NCBI GenBank assembly: GCA_965217865.1 | Contig: CBDCJO010000002.1 | Location: 320,001 to 384,000 of the forward strand | Direction of reading: 5' to 3' | Origin: Candidatus Latescibacterota bacterium | GTDB lineage: Bacteria; Latescibacterota; UBA2968; SICM01 | Length of the DNA stretch: 64,000 nt | In this document: positions 56,640 to 64,000 of the stretch, piece after piece | Position numbering within the stretch: position 1 is the first letter of the stretch | Layout of the letters: the number at the start of each line of letters is the position of its first letter | Program-made: the position numbers and the translations under genes | Notes under the pieces: model-generated | Told to the model about the DNA's origin: nothing | What the model saw: only the letters and a program-made list of their open reading frames with translations | The model's database searches: none

Positions 56640-57110
56640 AGCTGTCAATCAGGGAGGCTTCAGATCCGAGCGATCAGAAGCTGCGAGCGGATGGAGGGGA
56701 AGATAAGAGTGGCGATTTGGCGGGTGTGGGAAGAGGGGATTTGAGATTTGCGCCGCACTATGTAGAATTTCTTCAGGTTAAACGGTTCCTCCGCCACAGC
56801 TTCCGACAGCGTGAGGCGGTCCAGAACGTGGACAACGACCTCACCACGGCTTCTCGAGTTGATGCGTGAAGCCTGTGTTGGCCCCTACGAAAGGCGTGCC
56901 GTCAGCACCAAGGTGAACAGCGTGGGTAACGACGACCCGGATATCCTGATCCCATGTCGGAGAAGTGGCTGTTTTGACCTGAAGGGCGGAAGTCGTCTTG
57001 ACGCTGTCTTCCGCGTCTGCGGCGCGGGCGTAATTACGATAGCTCCTTTCAATACAGCATGTTACGACTGAGGAACAGAGAATGGTTCCGGGGAGAGGAT
57101 CATATGGGGA
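56640..57110 (+). repeat. Island segment including a SRAP-like C-terminus; second copy at 58127-58600
   Basis: Near-identical duplication. AVSTKVNSVGNDDPDIL resembles the end of an SOS-response-associated peptidase. Confidence 0.8.
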
Positions 57111-57438
57111 CCGCCGCGTGACCCCGTCAATGCCCTGTTGTCGCTCGGCTATAGCCTCCTGGCGAAGGATCTGACCGTCGCCTGCTACGCCGTCGGCTTT
57201 GATCCGATGATCGGTTTCTATCACCAGCCGCGTCATGGCCGGCCGGCGCTGGCGCTGGACCTGATGGAGCCGCTACGGCCCCTGATCGCGGATTCGGCCG
57301 TGCTGAGCGCGGTGAACACGAAGATGGTCTCCGAGCGTGACTTCGTGACGGCGGGGGACGCGGTCTCGTTGACGGCTGCGGGGCGAAAGGGTTCTTCCGC
57401 GCGTATGAGGCCCGGATGGACACGCTCGTTACGCATCA
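57110..57438 (+). pseudogene. cas1: Cas1 internal fragment (frameshifted)
   Basis: [36 protein letters not shown]. Confidence 0.88.
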
Positions 57439-57772
57439 GACGCGCGATCACACTGACATCGAGATCGCCATCTTCCGAGAAGATCAACTGGCACTGCAGC
57501 GAATCCTAAAGGGGTGGCGGCTTGAACTCTCCACAAAGGAGGGCCGGAGGATATGGCAGCCTGGAGAATGGCTGCAGCTACCGCTTCATGAGATTCACAC
57601 TTATGATAGTGATAACGACGGAGTAGAATTCCTGCTCAATGAGAAGAGCGATTCGGAATGGGTTTTCCGAAGGAACAAAGCCGTCAAGCGGGAAATCTCC
57701 GCGTTGACTATGTATACGCAGGATGGAATTCCATTCTTTGGACCAGAGATTGTCTTACTCTACAAAGCTGGT
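57438..57772 (+). pseudogene. Aminoglycoside nucleotidyltransferase-like fragment
   Basis: TRDHTDIEI...PEIVLLYKA. Confidence 0.65.
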
Positions 57773-57779
57773 CAAGGTC

Positions 57780-58010
57780 GAGATGCCCTCAGTCCGTTTT
57801 CCGAAGGAAGGTGGAACAGGGTAGCGGAACCTGTCCCAACTGCGGGGGGCATTTCCGGATCGGCCAAAGGGAGTACTTCGAACTCCTTATCGACGGAGGG
57901 AGCTTCGAGGAGGTGGCCGGGGAAGTCAAATCCAAGGATTTCCTCAAGTTCAAGGACCGGATATCCTATTCAGAACGGCTTAAGCAGATGCGGAAAAAGA
58001 CCGGTCTTAA
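57780..58010 (+). pseudogene. accD: Acetyl-CoA carboxylase beta subunit internal fragment
   Basis: CPNCGGHFRI...DFLKFKDRISYSERL....KKTGL. Confidence 0.8.
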
Positions 58011-59555
58011 AGGCAACGGCCGTTCGTCATCGCGGGTGACCGGCACGGCATCCCGCTTCTCGTCCTGGCACCGCATCTCGGGCTCCGGTGGATGGGCAAT
58101 CTACTTTGCGCGGGGTTGTTCCTCAAGGCCGGAAGCTGTCAACCAGGGAGGCTTCAGATCCGAGCGATCAGAAGCTACGAGCGGATGGGGGGGAAGATAA
58201 GAGTGGCGATTTGGCGGGTGTGGGAAGAGGGGATTTGAGATTTGCGCCGCACTATGTAGAATTTCTTCAGGTTAAACGGTTCCTCCGCCACAGCTTCCGA
58301 CAGCGTGAGGCGGTCCAGAACGTGGACAACGACCTCACCACGGCTTCTCGAGTTGATGCGTGAAGCCTGTGTTGGCCCCTACGAAAGGCGCACCGTCAGC
58401 AGGAGGGTAAACAGCGTGGGTAACGACGACCCGGATATCCTGGTCCCCATGTCTGGGAAGCGGCTGTTTTGACCTGAAGGGCGGAAATCTTCTTGACTGC
58501 GCTCCGTCTCTGCGGCGCGAGGAGATTGCGATATATCCTTTCAATACAGCAAGTTGTGACTGACGAACAGAGAATGGTTCCGGGGAGAGGATCATATGGG
58601 GAGCCATATTCCCATCCGCCAACTTCGGCGGTCGTCCGTTAACGCAAAACCCCGTAGGGCAACCCCTTCGGGGTCTTGTCGTTTCTGCCGTATTCACAAA
58701 CGCTTGTGCCACCTCCCCCCTTCTCTGCCGGTTCTCTGTTTCGAAGCGCTCCCATCGGGATTGCAAGCGCAACCGTGGGGGTTGCGTCCGCTGAGCAGAG
58801 ATATCTCCTCCGGATTCTCTGATTCTCTGTTTTCCGCGTCGGCCTTGTTTAACAGCCCGGTTGCGTCCTTTCGACGTTTCGGAAGGTCCTCCGGCAAGTA
58901 TTCACAGGAAGCCGGACCCGATGGGTCCGGTCTTACGGCAGATCACCGGACAGCGGAAGCGGCCGTGCGCCCGGAGTCCGAAACCGTAGCCGGCGCAGCC
59001 CCCAGTCCCAGCCCGAGCGACGCCTTCTCCGGCGATTTTAGCAAGGCTTATCAAAGGCGCGCACGGTTCCCCCAAGGCGTTCGGGGAGATCCGGAAGGCC
59101 CGGTTCGTGGCCGCCTCTACGAGGGCTCTCCAGCATGGAATCCACACCTGGCGATCATGTTCAGGGACGAGCGGCCGGGGAAACGATAGGAGGGGAACAC
59201 CATGCCGCAGAACCCAACGCTGGAGGAGTGGTGTCTGCTGACGTTGCGCCTGCGCATCGCGGGGCTGGAGCTATCGCGAGATCGCGACACGGGTCGGGGT
59301 GTCCCCGACGCAGGTCTTCCGCGACATCGGGCGTGTGTGCGACCGGCTGCGAAAGGACCAGTACGCGGCCGCGCAGCAGCAGGTGGAACTGCAAGATCGC
59401 AAGCCGCCGGAGATCACCGTGCATTTCGGCGGTCCCCCCGGCCGAGCGGAAGGGGATGCCCATGGCACGTGATCGCGTAGTAGAGCTGCGGCGGGTCCGA
59501 GCCGGAGACCTGCGACCCGACCCGCGCAACTGGAGGCGACATCCTCCCGGACAGC

Positions 59556-59876
59556 TAACAGCCTGGTTCGACGTTTGGGAACGTCCCCCGGTATGTATTC
59601 ACTGGAGCCGGACCAGTTCCCCCGAATTCGACCACGATCCTCGCGTTCGACTCCGTGGCCCCCAGGGTATCAACGAAACCCGGCGCTGTGCCGGGCCGTA
59701 AGTCATACCCCCCCACGGTCGCTTTTTTTGTGGAGGTCGCATACCGTTGCCCGGATTCCGAATTAAAGTCGCACACGGGCCGGATTCCGTGCCTCAGCGG
59801 GCGATTCCGGGCGAAGGGGGGGGTTGGATTCCATAATTTCGGAGCGAGTATAAAAAGGCGGGTGGGTGAGGTCCCC
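59556..59876 (+). repeat. Island segment matching 22540-22613 plus 23041-23288
   Basis: Near-identical. This copy lacks the 427 bp between CCCCGAATT and CCCCGAAGT. Confidence 0.85.
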
Positions 59877-59884
59877 CCAGCAAC

Positions 59885-60219
59885 GAGGCCGGTCGTCGTG
59901 TCCGGGCAGGTCCCTCAACGCCCACCGGATCGAAACCGCCGTGGTGGAGCACGTCCGCAGCATCGGGATGAACCAACAGGTCGTGGCGGCCACGGTGGCC
60001 AAAGCGCGGGAACAGCGGCTGACCGCTCTCCGGGAAGAGGCTCCCGCTTTTGAGCGGGAAGCCGTGGATGAAAGCGACCTGGCCCGGAGCCTCCGGCTGC
60101 TCATCGAGCGGGTCGGCTACGACGGACGGGACGGGACGGTGACCGTCACCTTTCGCCCACCCGGCATCGAGGCGCTGTGCCGGAAGGCGGGTCTCAACGG
60201 ACAGGAGATCATGCGATGA
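59885..60219 (+). pseudogene. Large serine recombinase C-terminal fragment
   Basis: CPGRSLNAHRIETAVVEHVR...LRLLIERVGYDG..VTVTFRPPG. Confidence 0.7.
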
Positions 60220-60640
60220 GCGGTCGCGCATCCGATGCGACCCGGGCCGGACCCCTGGAAGTGTCTTTCACGCTCCAGCCCGGAAACGGCCGGAACAACG
60301 GCTGCCGACACACGGATCAGGATCGGAATGTCGAGCCGGGGAACATACCTCGCATATCGAGACTGACGGCCCTGGCGATCCGGTTCGAGGGGCTGGTCCG
60401 GCGGGGCGACGTGCGGGACTATGCGGACCTGGCGCGCCTCGGCTGCGTGACCCGGGCGAGGATCACGCAGATCATGAACCTGCTCCACTTGGCGCCCGAT
60501 ATTCAGGAAGCGCTCCTGTTCCTGCCGCGCACGCTTCGGGGCCGCGATCCGATCTGCGAGAAGGACGTCCGTCCCATCGCCGCCGTCCCCCACTGGCCCC
60601 GCCAGCGCAAAATGTGGGCGACGCACGCCGAAGAACGCTT
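60216..60640 (+). pseudogene. Conserved recombinase-associated HTH protein, 3' end replaced
   Basis: PRISRL.ALAIRF..L...G.VRDYADLARLG.VTRARITQIMNLL.LAPDIQE. ATGA overlap with the recombinase. Confidence 0.7.
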
Positions 60641-61041
60641 GCCCTGCAGTATTCTGACGGCAATCACCACAAAGGAACAGCCGGGCCTGTGCAAGTGCGT
60701 CTCCGAAGATCCGGATGCTCTCCCGGCTCATCTCACTTGTCCTGGCGACTCAGGAAATACGTGCCACGACACACCTCATCGAACGCAGCTTCACATAGCG
60801 GACTTTGAAACGGATTCATTGGCTACACGGGATTCAAGAGTTGACCGGATACGCCAATTTTCATATATTTTCCGAAGTGTTCGTCTGGTTTCCCTTGAAG
60901 AGAGATGAGCCGAAGACGGCTGCTGAAGAAGGCCGGGCCGGCATCACGTCGTCTCCCCGCCCAATTTCGACCCGGGGGAGCGGCCCTGATCGAATGCGGA
61001 TTTCCAACAGACACATGCGCCAAATCCACGGGGAGTTCAAA

Positions 61042-62658
61042 ATGAAACGTCTGGTTCCAATTTCATTTGTGTTTCTGTTCATGGCACTCACGTCCGACGC
61101 TTTCGCCAGGCCTGCCCGCCCTTCTCAGATCCCGAACGGCAGCGTTTTCAGCTGTGCCAACTGCCACGTCAATCCGGCCGGAGGCGGAGACCGCAACGTC
61201 TTCGGATCGGTGGTCGAAAGTGGTTTTCTAAACGGCATGGGGGCGTCGGCCACGGTCAACTGGAACGCCGGTCTGGCCGCCCTGGACTCCGACGGAGACG
61301 GGGCCACCAACGGCGAGGAGCTTGGGGACCCTGACGGCGACGGTGTCCCGGTCGACGGCGCGGTCGTCACCAATCCCGCAGACTCGGCCAGCACTCCACC
61401 CCCGGAGGGAGTGATCCGGGTCCTCTCCCTTTCCATCGCCGGCCAGGAACTCGCCGAGGACGCCTCGAACCCCCCGGTGGATGCCGGTGACCAGGAGGTG
61501 GTGATCCGCTTTGCCGAGCCCGTGGCCTTCGAACCGTCGGAGGACGGTTCGCCTGTCTTCGACAACCTGGGCGTCGGTTTCGCGCCCTACATGGGGATCG
61601 GTGAAGAGGTCACGAATCTTTTGATCAGCGGAGACGGACGGACTCTCACGGCAACGGTTTCCCTGGCGGAGAACACGGCGTATCAGATTCTGGTCGGACC
61701 GGCCGACCCCGGCTTTTCCGACGAGCATCAGGTCTACTACGTCGGGACAAGCGAACTTCCCGACGTCTCCATCACCGGCCGGGCGATCTATCCTGAGGAC
61801 TTGGCCGGCCGTGCGGGAGAAGGCCTGGCGGTGGTCGTCCTTCTCGATCGCGAGCGGTATGAGTTGCTCCAGGAAGAGGAACAGGGGTTCAAGCCCGCCC
61901 TGGCCAGGATCTTCGCCGAGGCGTCAGCGTCCCGGGTCCGGGAGGAACCCGAAGCGGAGGAGGACGCAGAGATCGCTGCGCTGGTACGGATGACCGGAAT
62001 CGGATCGGGTGGGCGTTACGAGTTGAAGTTTGTCCCGGATGGCGACTACATCCTTTTGGCAAACGTTGTGCTGGATGACGGCGAGGTTCTCATGGTGGGG
62101 AGTTACGGCGTGGAGGACCTGGAATCGGGTTCCGCGCCCGCGCCCCTCCTGGTGGAAGGTGTGAGCCTGACGGACGTGGACGTCGACCTGTTCCACATCG
62201 GGGTAGACATAGTAGACGCAAGGGAAGTCACCGTCGCCGGGGTGGATGTGAAGGGGGGATTCCTCTATTTCGACGATTCGGACGGCGACCGGGTAACCGT
62301 AAGTGTTTTTCCGATCCTGGGGTCGATTCTGGACCTGGAGGGGAACTTGATCGAGTTCTCCGATCTCGAGGTGGGCTCGGTCGTACTCGTCTCGGGACTG
62401 ATGGTGGTCGGGGAGATCGTCGCCTTCGAGATCCGGGTCGTCTCCTTACCCCCTTCTCCAGAACCCCGTTCTCCAGATTTCAGCGGAAACGGCGTGGTCG
62501 GGCTTGAGGATTTCTTCGCGTTCGCGGAGGTTTACGGTTCCGTCGACGGCGATGGGATCTACCAGGCCAAGTTCGACCTGAGCCGGAACGGGAGTATCGG
62601 GCTCGAGGATTTCTTCATTTTCGCCGAGTCCTTTGGAATGGAAGTTGGTACATCATAG
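61042..62658 (+). CDS. Secreted protein: signal peptide, CxxCH/temptin-like domain, acidic beta domains, dockerin/EF-hand-like tail
   Basis: GGGAG RBS; IPNG..CANCH..GGG.RN.FG..W..DSDGDG.TNGEELGDP; DFSGNG/DLSRNG calcium-binding-like pair. Confidence 0.85.
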   Translation: MKRLVPISFVFLFMALTSDAFARPARPSQIPNGSVFSCANCHVNPAGGGDRNVFGSVVESGFLNGMGASATVNWNAGLAALDSDGDGATNGEELGDPDGDGVPVDGAVVTNPADSASTPPPEGVIRVLSLSIAGQELAEDASNPPVDAGDQEVVIRFAEPVAFEPSEDGSPVFDNLGVGFAPYMGIGEEVTNLLISGDGRTLTATVSLAENTAYQILVGPADPGFSDEHQVYYVGTSELPDVSITGRAIYPEDLAGRAGEGLAVVVLLDRERYELLQEEEQGFKPALARIFAEASASRVREEPEAEEDAEIAALVRMTGIGSGGRYELKFVPDGDYILLANVVLDDGEVLMVGSYGVEDLESGSAPAPLLVEGVSLTDVDVDLFHIGVDIVDAREVTVAGVDVKGGFLYFDDSDGDRVTVSVFPILGSILDLEGNLIEFSDLEVGSVVLVSGLMVVGEIVAFEIRVVSLPPSPEPRSPDFSGNGVVGLEDFFAFAEVYGSVDGDGIYQAKFDLSRNGSIGLEDFFIFAESFGMEVGTS

Positions 62659-62969
62659 CTGCCACCGGAGACTTATACTCCATTAGCCGGGCTTCGCGTG
62701 TCAAATGGCCGGGTTCAATTTTTGTTTTTTTCAGCAGGGAACTGTATTAAACTCGAGAACACGACCATTAACGGCGTGGTATACACGGCTCACACTTCAA
62801 AATGGCAGAGAAAAGACGGTTCATCCTGGGTTGATATTTCAAGCACAGAACGCGAGGGGCTGTGTTCTTATTCGCCAACCAGTTCTGGTGAATACCGATT
62901 GGTTTCAGAGAATAGCGTTGATGGTGTAAGGGGAAAATACACCAGCGAGAATACCCTCACGGTCAGATG

Positions 62970-63128
62970 ACACTGCGCCCTGGCAAGGGCGCCAGGACTG
63001 CGAAATTATGCGTTGAGCGACGCAGCCCCTTCGTTTCACGGCCTTTCAGCCGCTTCATCACTATTACGGGCTGCGCCGCTCCCTGTGCCTCGCTTCGGTC
63101 GTCGCCACACAGGCGCACCTTTCCTTGC
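62970..63128 (-). mobile_element. Group II intron RNA fragment
   Basis: TTCATCACTATTACGGGCTGC..CCCTGTG resembles the reverse complement of intron domains I-III. Resemblance only. Confidence 0.5.
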
Positions 63129-63129
63129 C

Positions 63130-63379
63130 GTTCCCGCTTGATAAATCGCTGCTCTTCCTTGCCGAGTGATTCCGCGCTGTACTGCCCGATCAAGTGAATG
63201 GTCACGGTAGAATCAGCAAGATAGTCTTCGCGGATCTTTCGAAGAATGTAGTCCTCGTCGTTTGACTGAATCGGTTCATCGAGGGATTTGTCGATCATGT
63301 CGACATCGAGATCGGATTGAATGCACTGCTTGTAGGCAGAGTCTTCGGTCTTGAACGAGATGTAGCACTTGTGACCCAT
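63130..63379 (-). pseudogene. ThsB-like (DUF1863) TIR protein, 3'-truncated
   Basis: HKCYISFK, IREDYLADSTVTIHLIG, FIKRE. Confidence 0.75.
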
Positions 63380-64000
63380 GAGTGAGAACCTCCACAATAA
63401 ACTACCACTCGTGGCTGGCAGTTTGTTCGCCCGCCCGCCGTACAAAACCAAGGCGAGCGTGTGCCGGTTCAGCCGGAACGGGAGATGTCGCGGCTCTCCA
63501 GCACCAAGACGGTTCGCGCTCCTACCGCCTTGCGTTCCTGAAGCTTATGTTCTCTGCGAAAGCACCTCTGCGTCTAGGGCTGCCTGATTCTCCCGTGAGA
63601 GCCTGAACACGGCGCTCGAGTTCGTCATAATCAACGTTGAGCACAACCACACCCTCATCACGCACTAACAGGGCACCTTGGCTGGCGCCAGCGATGTCCG
63701 ATACGGCTCGGCGGATTTCTGCCTCCTTCACTTCCTCAAAATCGCTCATCTGGGCAACTTGGGTCGCTATCATTGTAATGTTTCTGGGGATGTCGGTGAG
63801 CCTGTTGTGGGCGTCCCGGAGAGCCTTCACCACGGCGAGATAAAGCGCCCGCGGCTCCCATGAGGGGAACCGCAGCGATCCCGGAAACGTCGAGGCCCCT
63901 GACGCCGCCGACTCGGGCAGCGGCGGCGATCCGGTGGACTACTTTTTCGCAGCCAGCCACCTCCTGGACCTGGTTCCCAACCCGTGGCAGGGACGCGATC

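Noticed and set aside
57110-57438. cas1 as the functional partner of the 53316 array, or as a casposon
   Set aside because: Only a frameshifted internal third of the gene, with no other cas or polB genes.

Overview
This 64 kb window is not an ordinary chromosomal segment. It is a dense patchwork of gene fragments, mostly 30 bp to about 1.5 kb, joined abruptly and at several visible junctions through short microhomologies. LRR, Ig-like and dockerin/EF-hand secreted proteins suggest a marine, possibly sponge-associated Latescibacterota/Gemmatimonadota-like host (inference). Mobile DNA includes IS1380, two IS3, two IS1182/IS5-like copies with 4-bp TSDs, IS256 and IS5 remnants, a MITE, two group II intron pieces, and several broken copies of one serine-recombinase/HGGxSTG island. 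Defence-gene remnants include DISARM-like DrmD/DrmB, TcmP-DUF5131, Mrr/AspBHI-like nucleases, a ThsB-like TIR, cas1 and a 3-repeat CRISPR. The best-supported intact systems are: (i) an integrase-less integron cassette array (48.5-53.2 kb; two methyltransferases and a His6-type hisA) whose cassettes carry unusually long, cassette-specific 20-23 bp terminal inverted repeats; (ii) an IS110/IS1111 element with a ~500 bp non-coding region inserted precisely into one attC; (iii) a TIR-ABC-ATPase fusion plus DUF4276 operon, a candidate defence system; (iv) a dfrA-like cassette; and (v) in-frame domain-shuffled secreted proteins. No rRNA, intact tRNA or integron integrase was seen. All family calls come from motif recognition, not database searches, and an assembly or amplification origin for part of the mosaic cannot be excluded without reads.
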